The notes beneath the pieces were generated by a model. The model made no database searches. It saw only the letters and a list, made by a program, of their open reading frames with translations, and was not told the DNA's origin. A stretch of 64,000 bases of DNA from Podarcis pityusensis (Eukaryota), in assembly GCA_964106645.2 (NCBI GenBank), contig OZ067040.1; one strand, given 5' to 3'. The position numbers were made by a program, and so were the translations under genes. Every line of letters begins with the position of its first letter. Positions within the stretch are counted from its first letter, which is position 1. Positions 39,067 through 50,909 of this stretch are shown here, piece after piece.

Positions 39067-39233
39067 AGAGCCACTATCTCTATTGGAGAGCTTGTGCTTT
39101 GCCTGGTTCAATCTCTAGCACCTCCAGTTAAAGAAACGGATCAGGAAGCTGGTGGTGCAAAAGATGTCTGCCTGAGAGGTGCTATCAGCAGAGCAGACAA
39201 TAATGGGCCAATAGTCTGAGACATGTTCCTATG
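39067..39233 (+). mobile_element. Degraded tRNA-derived SINE
   Basis: 'ggagagcttgtgctttg..cctggttcaatctctagcacctccag...gacaataatgggccaatagtctga...atgttcctatg'. Confidence 0.6.
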
Positions 39234-39312
39234 AACAGAACTCGTTAATTTACTGCCTCCTGAAAGAAGCATGGCATGGAATGGTGGGTAGGGAATCCAT
39301 ACTGCCCACTTT

Positions 39313-39471
39313 ATAGGAACTTTGGAAGCTACCTTATACAGAGTCAGACCATTGCAGTGGCTCTCCAGGGTTTCCAGCAGGTAGTCTTTCCAGCCCTGCC
39401 TGGAGATTACAGGGACTGAACCCCGGACCTTCAGCTTCCACGGCAGATACTGTACTGCTGAGCTACAGCCC
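39313..39471 (-). mobile_element. tRNA-derived SINE
   Basis: Reverse head 'gggctgtagctcagcagtacagtatctgc...ggtccggggttcagtccctg' and tail 'ggtctgactctgtataaggtagcttcc'. Confidence 0.75.
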
Positions 39472-41309
39472 TTTTGTTTTACGTCCGATTGCTTAGCCCG
39501 GTGTGGAGAACACATTTAGACTGATCCTACTTCTGTGAATGCTGAATGTTATTTGTATCTACTGGGTAATTTGTGTTGGCTGATTAGATTTTAACTGGCA
39601 CAGTTATTATAACTTGCACAGTGTTCTATGTATAGCTGTTCTACTTTGTGGTAGGCTTTAGGACTTGCAGAGCTCAGTTGTTTACTTGCAGTAAGCTAAG
39701 ATACCTGCTTTATCATACCGAAGCTCCCATCTGGGGAGACATCTGGCAACCTTGAGATGAAAGGGCGCAAAATAAAATTTAAAAAAGAAGAAAGTTTCCG
39801 CGACCTCGGTGAAACACGTTCCTGACTCCTCAAGGGCCTGGGAGCATCAAATTGAAAACCTTGATACATTGCAATGTCTTTAAAGCACTCTTCCCCCCTC
39901 CCCCCACTTACACCTTGGCCATACTGTAAAGCTAGAGAGAGAAAATGTAATAAATGACCAAAATCGAGTGTAGTGACATTGTATGGCGAATAAATTGAAG
40001 CATTTAGTCATAAGACTAGTAACAGAAGGAGAAGGAAATTAAGAAGCATAGGCAAGGGAGACAGAGTATCTAGCAGAACAAATGGATGCCATCATTTCTG
40101 AATGTGTCATTTTGAATTGAAGTAAACAATTGCTATCAGGATGCATGCTTGGACCTAGCAAGTCCCCCCCCCTTCATTTAAACATTACAAGAAATCTAAG
40201 CGAATTATAAACATTTGGGAACATAACATCTATTTATCTACTTTTTTTTTAATCGTCACTGACTAAAATTTGCATTACTTGTTTCTCCAACAAGCTTCTG
40301 AAAGTATAACCATAAATATCTAAGGGTCACACAGAAACCCCAGCCCCCAGCCCTGGAGCAGCAGAGCAATGCACCACTGCACCCCAAGTCCCAATGCTTG
40401 TGGTGGCCAGTGTGGAAAGGACATTTTTATGAAGTATCATCTGGGGCACCTGAGGGCAAACAGGCCCCTCAGGGGATCTGTGGGACTTTGCATCCTATGG
40501 ATGCAAAGATTCTGGTGCCATACCCTAAAACACCCTGTTGTGGCTGTTTCTCCCAGCTATGACCACCAGCAGAAAAACCAACAGTAATAACTTCCCATCC
40601 ACCAGGGCAGTGCTTGGTGACTTCACTGTGGAAGACCTTGTCCCACCAGCCACTCTCCCTTTCACTCATGGAGACCAGTAGAGAAGCATCTGCACACCAT
40701 CTTAAACCCTCCTCCTTCTCAGGCATCAACATCAGGGAGTTAGACATGTGCCCTCAGTGTGTTTTCCTAATAGCTCGGAGCAAGTACAGGTCAAATTCAT
40801 GTGGGATAAATCATGCTTGGTTAGAATTTACCCAGATCAGAACTGGGAGTCTCACTTACCTAAGAAATTGGGTTAACTGATGCACATACACAAGACAACT
40901 CTGGTTTTCAGCCAAATAACGAAATAAAAAGCAAATGTTGTTGCTGATTTACTTTTCTCCACAATGATATGAAGCCAGCAAATTATAAGTTTTATAGGTT
41001 TGGGAGAAGCTTGGTCATTTCTGAAGTAAGAAATCAATTCTCCTCATTGCTCCTCTGGCAGGTCCATAAGCTTATCTCCTACTAACCAAGGACAGCTAAA
41101 GTCACCTTTGCACTGTCTTTATACAGAGAGTATTTCTGAGAGTTAGCCCTGGGATTTGGAACCAGTAGCCGGGAAAAGCAACAGCAAATATGGCTGGCTA
41201 GTAGCCGATCACAGCCACAAATGTAATTTTTGCATCTGATCTGCTCTGACAGAGAAGCAGAGAATAAGTCTTCCAAAATGGTACCTGGTATCATAGGTCA
41301 GGAAGGGAG

Positions 41310-41482
41310 ACATAGGAACACAGGAAACTGCCTTACACTGAATCAGACCCTTGGTCAATCTAGCTCAGCATTGTCTACACTGACTGCTGGTGGTTCTTCA
41401 GGGTTTCAGACAGTGTTCCTGTTCCTACCTGGAAATGCTGAACCTAGGACAAAAAAGATGCTCTACCAACTGAGCTATAGCC
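41310..41482 (-). mobile_element. tRNA-derived SINE
   Basis: Reverse head 'ggctatagctcagttggtagagcatc' and tail 'tgagctagattgaccaagggtctgattcagtgtaaggcagtttcctgtgttcctatg'. Confidence 0.8.
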
Positions 41483-44400
41483 TATTTTTATACCCCAGAA
41501 CTGGAGTGGTAGACCAGAGGATGTCACGTGGAGTTGGTATAAGTTTCATAACAAGGAGCAAAAATCACAGCTCATTCTGATAATACTTAGAACCTAATGG
41601 CTACACACAACTCAGAGACGGCATTGAGGCAATCCCATATAATACATGGGATTGTGTGCCAGAAGAAGATACATTTGGTATTACTTGCAGGATACAGGGA
41701 TGATGGGAAGTTGATTTGGCTCCCCTTTGACATTTCAACGTCAGCTGATGACAATTGGGAGCAAAAAGGCAGTGACTATACAACACTTGTTCTCTTGGAA
41801 TTGAGTATGGACGCAAGTACAGGTGTAGATATAAAAATCTTAGCCCACAAAACCAGTTCAGGCTTTAAAACTAGTGAGTGAATGTATTAAAAGTTTGGGA
41901 TTCCTAGTCTACATCCCCTGGTATCTTAGTACAGTTTAGGCAATGCTACCTTTATAAGATGGACTTGATAGATAAGGTGTCTGCTGAGCTGATTGGCTAT
42001 ATATCATGTGCTAACCTTTAATCTTTAAGATGACATTTTGTACCTCTGAAGCTTTAACTCAGGCAAGGTGGGAAAATGTGCTTCTTGATTTATTCAGTTT
42101 TAACTTGCTACTCTTACAGTATTTATAGACAACTTAAATGTCCTGGTTGTGATCTTCAATCATTTTAAACTGGCACCAATCCAGAAAATGTTACTAGGTT
42201 TTACGGCAACCAATGGGACAAGTTAGTTGCAACTAATTTAAAGCCCAGGAATTTTGACAGGATTTAGGTACACCTACCTTTCTTTATATCTGAGAATCTG
42301 TATCTTACTCATTACCACTGAATAACTAGGACTTTAACCAGGATCCAGTAGTTCTGTTATTCCCACTAAGAGAAATAATTGGTGGGAGGTAAATGTTTGA
42401 GTAGTGAGTTAGTTATATGATTGGTTAATCAAGTATCTAAATAAATGTCTTTTAAAATGTTTTAACTGAATCACATTTTTGAAGACCATGGGCTGGACAT
42501 ATTTTATTTTCCTTTATGGAAGGAAAAGTTCTAAGTTAGCTTTCTTGTATAGGAAATTTAACCTGTTATATTTATATTTAACAAAGGCTGGAATACATGC
42601 TGCCTCATGTTATTGCTTTATGGCGGGGGTGGGGGAACAGGCCCATGCAGAACTCACCTGAGGCCCAGGATGGAAATCTTGTTAGAATAAATTATAAATG
42701 CAAACAAAAAAGCAGCCAGTCTATGGCGGGGCCCCCTGAGGTCTGGGGAAAGTATACCCGGCTTTCTGCGCCCCTCTTCATGGGTCTGGTGGGGAAGGAA
42801 AAGGAAAGGAAAGATCTACAAACTGGGAGAGGCTAACCATAAGTCATGAAGAAGGGAGGTTCTCATTCCATTGCAGAGTGAAGACATTTCCCCCAGGGAA
42901 GGTCTTTGAAGCATCATAATAAGGAACAGATGAGAGGGGAAAGGCATACAGCTATGGACAAAGTATGAGCGCATGTTAGAAACCTCAAGCTTGAAACTCA
43001 TGTCAGAAGGGATGGGGAATCTTCCCAAGCACTGAAAGTATGAGGATTCCATCTCATAATGAGGTGCAGAACAACCCTGGCTACATGGCTATAGCTTCTG
43101 CAGTTGTCTAGCTTTCCATCTGCTTACTGTGTTTTCCTACCTAGAGCATTACTACCGAGACACTTTCTGCACAGCAAAACCCATTTCTGCACACCCAGTT
43201 GCTTTTCTAGAGGGCAGACATTATTGGTAAAGTGGTTAAAGTGGTTTCACATTTCCATAATGGTTGGCTGTTTCTGCACGAAGGAGTGCTTCTGATATTA
43301 TTACACATTGAGGTGAGTTGGGCTAGAAAGATTAACGGAGAGGAGAAAGAGTTACAGCTATGGACAAAGTGTGAGAGTGCTAAATGACAGAGCTAGAAGC
43401 TTGAAATGAGTGTTGGCGGAGATGGGGAATCGTTCATGTGCTTAAAAAGAGCTGTGTCATAATCACAACATTGGGAGAGACAGTGATATGACTACCAGGC
43501 TTAAAGCAAATCTTTCGCTGGAGTGAATTTGTCCTATTTAGAATGCAGAAGGCCATTAGTGGGAGTAGTTGGCATATTTCACTATGGAAGATGCATAGGT
43601 GAATGACCCACTGATGTTGTGGATAACATTATTAGGTTATATAACAGTGGAGCCAGACTAGACATAGGTATATTGCGAATGAAAAACTCTTTTGGCCAGC
43701 TTCAGAGATAACAGGGAATCACTATTTACCGCTACATGTGCAAGAGCCAACGAGAACTTCAGGGTCAAAGTTGCACTTTCTCTGTTTTTCCTCTGCTGCA
43801 TTCCAGACAAGGAAACTGAAAGCTTCTATTTTTATTTTAAGCTAACCACAGTTCTGGATGCTTCAGAACTTTGGCTTGCTTTAGCTATAGTTAGCAAAGA
43901 ACAAACTAGGATCAACTGTAGGTATAGATCCTGGGTTATTCTTCAACTATGGTTTAAAATATAAACCTTCATTGAGGAAAAAAAACTATGGTTAGTTTAA
44001 GACTGGAAGGGGAAGCTTTCAGTCTCCTCTTCATGGTTACAAAAGCTGAAGGTTTCCCATGGTTGATACATGTAGTAGAAAACCAAGGTTTCCTGTTGCA
44101 CTTGAACCTGGCCTAAGTGTGAAGAAAAAGGTGAGATTAACAACTGCAAACAATTTTAGATCTGGAAGTTTGTTCTTTATGATTGTGTATTGTTTCTAGC
44201 CTTAATCATGCCTTATTTAAATATATTTTCATACACCCTGGTTTGGCTTTTGGTGACTATTGTCTTTTGATATTGCCCTACATGTGTATTTACAAATATG
44301 TCACAGTGACCTTGCCAATGTACAAAAATCAAAAGAACTGGCACACTTCTCTACAAAAGAAAAACATATACAAATGAACATACTATGCAAGATCAGTGCA

Positions 44401-44719
44401 TTCTAAATTCTTTTGCCACTTTTATTTCTAACATAAATCATTTTATCTAGGTCTCACAGTGTGATCCTGGCTAGATAATAGATTTGAGAATGTTTGATGA
44501 AGCACAAATTGAAGACTGAAGGGTGTAAAAGCTTTTGCATTTCCTTTACGTTTTTTGGAACAAACCTGGAAGTGTCCACATTATTGGGCGTTGCTGTCAA
44601 CTGGCACAGTGGTGATTTGAGGTTCTGATGACATGTGCCATATCATGATTCTACACAAAGTTATGCAGCATTAACAAGTAGTGATATAATTGTTGCTATA
44701 TTTGTAGATGGATATAGTA

Positions 44720-44855
44720 CAGGCACCCCCAAACTCGGCCCTCCAGCTGTTTTGGGACTACAACTCCCATCATCCCTGAGCACTGGTCCTGTTAGCTAGG
44801 AATGATGGGAGTTGTAGTCCCAAAACAGCTGGAGGGCCGAGTTTGGGGGTGCCTG
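44720..44855. mobile_element. Intact hAT MITE, near-perfect hairpin
   Basis: 54-bp perfect inverted repeats starting CAGGCACCCCCAAAC and a perfect 8-bp TSD ATATAGTA (44712-44719 and 44856-44863). Confidence 0.95.
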
Positions 44856-44934
44856 ATATAGTAGGACTAAAGCTCATGATGTAACTACAAATTGTTTAGC
44901 TGGAGACCTAGTTCCTCATTTTCATGCACACCTA

Positions 44935-45843
44935 AGAGGACATTCAGATGCCTGTGGGAATCCTGCAAACAGAACATGAGCACAAGAGCAATATCTTCTC
45001 CTGCAAATTCTGGTGTTATAACAGAGGGGAAAAGCATTTTCTTTCTCCACTCTCTCCATGCCATTCTTAATTTTAGAAACTTCTATCACAGTTATTTTGG
45101 TTGCTCTTTCCTGAACATTCCCTAACTTTGCAATATCCTTTTTGAAGTGGGATCACAACTGTACACAGTAATCTGAATGTAGTCACATCAAAGATTGGCA
45201 TACTGGCATCATGATATTGGCATCCATCAGTTCTTTTCCTAATGATTCCTAGCATGGATTTTGCCTTTTTTTACAGCTGCCCTACCATGGATTGATATCT
45301 TCACTATGCTATCTACTACGACCCCAAGGTTTTGCTCCTCGTTGGTCACTACCTTTTCAGACCCCATGAACGTATATGTGATATTAAGAATTTTGGCCTC
45401 AAGAAGCATCATTTTATACTTGATTACATTGAATTGTATTTGCCATTTTATTGCCCATTCACTCAGTTGAGAGAGGGCTATTTGGAGCTCTTTGTAATTT
45501 CCCTCTCTCTTTAAGAACCCTGAACAGTTTAGAATCATCAGAAGGCCTGACCACCTCACTGCTCAGTCCTAACTAGATCATTTATGAACAAATTAAAAAG
45601 CACGGTTCCCAATACCAATCTTTGGGGAACTCCACTTTTTATATCTCTTCATTGCAAAAAGTGCCCATTTATGCTTACTCTCTGGCTCCTGCTACTTAAA
45701 CAATTCCTGATCTACAAGAGGACCTCTTCTCTTGTTTCATGACTTCTAAGCTTTCTCAGGAGTCTTTGGTGAGGTATGCTGTGGAAAGCGTTTTGAAAGT
45801 CTTTGTACATTATGTCAACAGGATCACTTCTATCTATATACTC
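44935..45843 (-). mobile_element. CR1 LINE 3' portion (decayed ORF2)
   Basis: ELQIALSQLSEWAIKWQIQFNVIKYKMM...GSE..VT.EEQNLGVVVDS..K.S....AAVKK and MLGIIRK match CR1 RT C-terminal motifs. The DIMYKDFQNAF motif lies near 45790-45815. Confidence 0.92.
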
Positions 45844-47648
45844 TTATCTGGAAAAGCTTTTGCAACGCAGTGAAGAGCTTTGGAAGACTGTGAAGATAGT
45901 AGGAGAAACAAGGGGATGATAAATATTCAAAACATGGGTGGTTTTTTTGACACTGAAGGTGTAGAACACATGATTTTGATCCAGTCCCATGATTTCTTCA
46001 TCTTTTGTGAAATTCTTTAATTGGCACGTGGCTGATTCTGTGGCACTTTGGTTGATGCTGAAATGTTTAAAATTCTGCAGCATTCTCTCGGCAGATATAC
46101 GTTGATACAGAATCCAAACCATTCAGATTGGTTGAAAGATCTTCTCAACTCCTTTTGAACTTTATTTTCAATATATGGGAAAGCTGATGTTTTGAATTGT
46201 CTCTGATCCCTGTGGCCCAAGGGCTAGTTACGCATCAACTGCATTAATGAATGTAATCTGAGGGAAACATTTGTCAGAAGCGGGTGGAAAAAGTGATCAT
46301 GGGGAGGAGGGAAGTATTATGGGGAATGGAGTGAAGGGGCAAGCCCTCTGATTATAAATCTAAAATATTTAAATGATGGATTCAGAGAATCCCTATTAGA
46401 CATCAAAGCTGCCTCCTTATTGAGGGTATGCTTTTAATTTATAGGCCTTGATTCAGGCCAAAACTAAGTCTGATAAACTGTGTGGTGAATTCCCAAGATG
46501 ATTAAAAAAACCTGACTCTGGTTTGTTGCTCTCCACAAATATGTGAAGTTGGGAAAGCAAAACTTAAATGGCTAATTCCTGAGGTAATTCAATGAAACTT
46601 AATGGATATGGCCAGCAACTCAAGAAGACACAACACTCCTTTTGATAAACACCAATTAGGCCACCATGTCATGCTATTTCGTCTTTATTGTTCAGTTTCA
46701 GCATCTACAGCTTATAGCAAAACAGAAAGCAAGTCTGTCCAAGAGACAAAAGCAGCAGCCTCTTACAACTAATAAACATGAACAAGTTCTTTAAAAGAAG
46801 GGTAAAAAGGGAACCAGAAAAAGTGTAGCAACTGAGGTTTACAATGTAGCTGAAATACAATTTAGAAACTTCTTTCATATATTAAATTTTTCAAAGGATG
46901 TGAAACTCTAGGTCATGAAATTCTTTAAGATCTCAGCACTATTAGTTTAATACGATGGATGATGCTTGTTAAAGGAGCAGTGCTGAGCAAAATGGCTGAA
47001 AGCTATAGACATCTCTGTTCCTTATTTGGGGTACTTTCTCCTGCCCTAGGTCTTTGGAAAGCAATGAAGCATTCATTATCAATGTGACAAATGATGAATG
47101 TTTCATGTATGAAAAAAATTAAGGTAAGCTTCATGCAGATGATTGATCACTAAGAGGAAAGGTGATGATACATGGGGTTGCCAGATGTTTCTTCTGCTGA
47201 AGGATCATCATTTTTTGCTACCACACCACAGCCCCAAAGCACGTATGAGATGCTCCATTTTTCCACACATCACACTTCTATTAGAACATAACAGATTACC
47301 TTTATTTCAGATACCACATCATAAAAATATTGCTTGCTTTTATATATATAAAAAAGACGAGCCAAAGTTACAGTACTTCTGTCCAGCTTCTGACCCACAG
47401 CCTACCCAGTCAAGTTAGTATAGCAACCCTCCAAGGATTCTGTAAAACTTGTTTTGGTGTCTGCATAAAAGAGCCAGTTGCCAATCACAAATGATTTGGC
47501 CAGTCACAAGTCCAATCTTAAGTCAGAGTGTGAAGTCATATGAAACAGCTCCCACAAGGAAGTCTGTTTGGAAGGTACCATCGGTGGCTGGCCCTATGGT
47601 GCAAACTTTCTTTCTGTTTCTTTTTTGAGAGTTTTAGTAGAATGGAGA

Positions 47649-48112
47649 TGTGGCAATCACACAGGGTCTCCGGACATTTGACGATCTATTGATCCCTGTG
47701 CCACCACTGAACTTGCTTCCCCGCTGCCACCAATCCGTTACTCTCAGGTACACACTGAGTCCAGACAGTTGTTAAAATTAAACCAAATAAACAAGTTTAT
47801 TTTATAAGCATTAACAAGTTTATGGTTCCTCAGATAATTTTCTTGTCAGTTTCTTAACCTTAGTTTCTTTACCGGCCTATACCTTCCTAATACCTTCTGA
47901 CTGATTATCACAACTGTCTCTTAACAGATTCTCTCACTCTCTCACATCAGACTAGCCCAACCCACCGACTTATCCTCCCTCTCTCTTCTCTAACTCCAGA
48001 CTGACTTCTTAACAACTCTAACTTTAACTCTAACTGCTCCCCTTGGGTTCCTATAGGTTAGTCATTTTACAATTAGTTAACCCTTTCCTTATGAACCCAG
48101 TATGATGTCACA
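47649..48112 (-). mobile_element. Gypsy-like solo LTR
   Basis: TGTGGCA...TGTCACA termini, minus-strand AATAAA at about 47797-47802, pyrimidine-skewed body. Flanks do not form a TSD. Confidence 0.65.
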
Positions 48113-50314
48113 CACCTAGGAGGGCAAACGCCACAGGAGAAGATTCACAAATTTATCTACAGCTTTTATGCAGCTCACACAGATTTGTTTGTAGTGAGTC
48201 TTTCTCAGCCAGTTGCTACTTCCTCAGTTAAGTTTTCTGTCACCAGCACAGCAGAAACAATCAGAAGAGGGGAAGGCACCATTTTTATGTTGTATAATAT
48301 ATGCTTTTATTTTCTGCTGGAACACACTCTGTGATTCTTTTATAATGAAGAACAGTCAAAGCATTTAGTAAGTAAATCAGTAAGTAACAAAATACACCAA
48401 CTTTCCCCTCTCTCTAGCACCAGTAGACATTTCAGGAACAAAGGGCAGAGTCTGGTAATGTTCTGATACTATCTGCTTCTTTTCAGATTGGAGACAGGAT
48501 TTACTGCTAGTCAAGCCAAGCCACGGGGTAGAGGAGGCTGTACCAGACTATTTCTGTCTGCAAATTTTATCCAAGAACATTACTCCTGTTCTGGGTTGGC
48601 TTTATCTCCAACTTCAGTTGCCTTCACCTCTTGCACATGTGGCAATTCAAGTTCAATGAGTTATGATGGTGACCATAGGAGGTCTAGCAATATGGTTGCC
48701 AAGGCTGCCAGTCTGTTCATATATCTATTAGCTACAATAGTTCTGATTTGGCACTCTAAAGATACGAATATGCTGATGACCCAAAATGGAACATATTTCT
48801 GCATCCTTACCAACATCAGGCTTCAAACCAAATCAGTTGACCCCAGGTTGCCTTGCATTGAGAACATCCTGGGAGTGAATACCTGAGATGGGACTTATAT
48901 GCAAAACAGAGGGAGACCACCAGAGATGAAATTAGGCCAAAGCTGATGCTTTTGCCCCAAAGGAACAATTTCTCTTTGCTAATGACAGCTGCAGCACTGA
49001 TGGAAAATTCCCCGTTCCTATGTTTTCAGAGTCCGCTCACTAGACTACATGTAGATCTTCTTTTTCTTCCTCCTCCTCTCCTTCCTCATCCTCTTGATTA
49101 GCTTTCCTTTAACCTTCCAATCTGACTGTGCCTGCAGGATCGTGATGTTTTCATCAATTATATATTTTCATTTCATACCGGTAATCAATACTACTTCAGA
49201 ATACTAATGTCATACAATATCTTTGTCTCGACTCCTAAATGAATTATAGCTAAATAATGCATTTTCAAGCAAGAGAACAAATGTACATTCTCCCCCCGAG
49301 CGCACAAAGAAACATGCAAAGAGAAATCACTGAACAATAAGGCATTGATTTTTCTGGTTCCAAAACTTTCATCTTGCTCAAAATAGGTAAAGACAACACA
49401 CTACTGCAGGCAGTATAAATCAGAGAAATGATGTAGTGTATTATCCTCTTTCAAAAGCTGGCAAAAAACGCAGAGAGGGGAAAACTCCAATAATGTCTCT
49501 TGTTTCTTCAGCACCAAAGTCTGCAGTAGCATTTGAAAAAGAAGGCAACAAATAAAAAAGGAGGCAGAAAATGGAAAGACCCAAAGCTTACAGATTGTTT
49601 TGGGGTTGTTGTTTTTAAAGGAGCTGCTCATTACAATTCTGTTACATTGTGGGAATATTACAAAAGCAAGAACATTGCTTTTGTAACAGTGCCCAAAGTG
49701 ACACTACATTGAGACTACTCACCCAGTGCAATAGGACTGTGCAACTAGCTTCACACTGAGTGGTGTTCAAGGTGCAAAATCTAGGCATTTGACAAGGAAG
49801 CATAGGTAGCACACTGTTACTATCATGCAAACATAATTTCAATCTGTTTTAAGCAATCTGGTGCAGTATATCACTACACCTTGAATTAATTGTTGTATAT
49901 ATGGGAGTATTTCAATTTGGGGTTGATGCCTGTTGAATCAACAAACAAAAATAGGATGATAATAGATAGAAATGTTAGGATATTTCCGTTCCACCTTAAA
50001 AGGGAGCAGGCTTTGTGAGTCACAGAGTCTGCGTATTTCCTGTTCACAGGATGTTTCTGTTGTGTCTTTGCTTTTGTTTCTCTCTCTGTGCCAGAGACAC
50101 TGAAGCAGGCAGTCATGTTTTCTTTGTTCTGATCAACGCTAAATAAACTTGTAAATAATGCTCTCCTGTGTGCATCTTTCGCTGTGCATTATCTGCTGAT
50201 AGAGCGTGCATCGGCTCTGGAATGTGTCAGGCTATTTCTGGAGCTTGTGTCGCTAATTGCTGATACTGCGTGTCTACGGGAGATCGATGGACGTCCGGAG
50301 GCGGCTTGGGGGCC

Positions 50315-50441
50315 ATGATGGACTTTGTCTCCCTGGCAGTATCCCAACAAGAAATGTATGAGTGCAGATCTGTGAAAATATTCTCGCATATATTTTTTGC
50401 CAAAAGGATCGCCCTCACTCACAATTATTTCAATGCTCCAG
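50315..50441 (+). CDS. Candidate first coding exon of an unidentified transcript (MMDFVSLAVSQQEMYECRSVKIFSHIFFAKRIALTHNYFNAP-)
   Basis: gccATGATGG start context, open frame, consensus donor CAG|GTAAGT at 50441/50442, non-repetitive CpG-retaining context. No homologue recognised. Confidence 0.4.
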
Positions 50442-50614
50442 GTAAGTGTTCTGTGTGTTACCTTCTGGAACCGATATGGAGGGAGCCAAGTAGCTCAGTG
50501 AGAGAGCACATACTTTGCTTGCAAAGGTTCCAGGTTCAATTTCTGACATCTCCAGGTAGGCTGGGGAATACTCATCATGGAAACTTTGGAAAGTCAGTGC
50601 TAGACAGTGTGGGC

Positions 50615-50755
50615 CAGGGATAGTTTGCATCGGCATCTTATGGATGTTGCTGAACTGCAATTACCACCACTCCTGACCATTGGCCATACTGGCTGGGGCT
50701 GATGGGAGCTGGACTCCAACAGAAACTCTGGAGGGTGCCACACTGGATACTCCAA
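50615..50755. mobile_element. hAT MITE inserted in SINE
   Basis: 'cagggatag...cctgaccattggccatactggctggggctgatgggagctggactcc'. Confidence 0.75.
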
Positions 50756-50790
50756 CATAGACAATACTTACATTGACCATTAGTATAAGG

Positions 50791-50909
50791 CAGGGATGGG
50801 GAATCTGTGGGCCTTCAAATATTGTCCATTCCAGCCACTATGGCTAATACTCATGTATGATGGGAGTTGGTGTCAACAATTAGAGAGTCACGCTGCTTCC
50901 CCATTCCTG
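50791..50909. mobile_element. hAT MITE inserted in SINE tail
   Basis: TIR cagggatggggaa...ttccccattcctg with perfect 8-bp TSD GTATAAGG (50783-50790 and 50910-50917). Confidence 0.85.

Noticed and set aside
40860-41021. Minus-strand acceptor/donor pair
   Set aside because: Stops in all frames and no supporting neighbouring exon. Pseudo-exons like this are common.
48488-48886. 132-aa ORF after a good acceptor
   Set aside because: No convincing donor, no homology and no coding-like composition.
50315-50441. Resemblance of the exon end (NYFNAPG) to the CACNA1C long N-terminal exon, or of its start to RORA4
   Set aside because: Only a few residues match, which is insufficient for a gene assignment.
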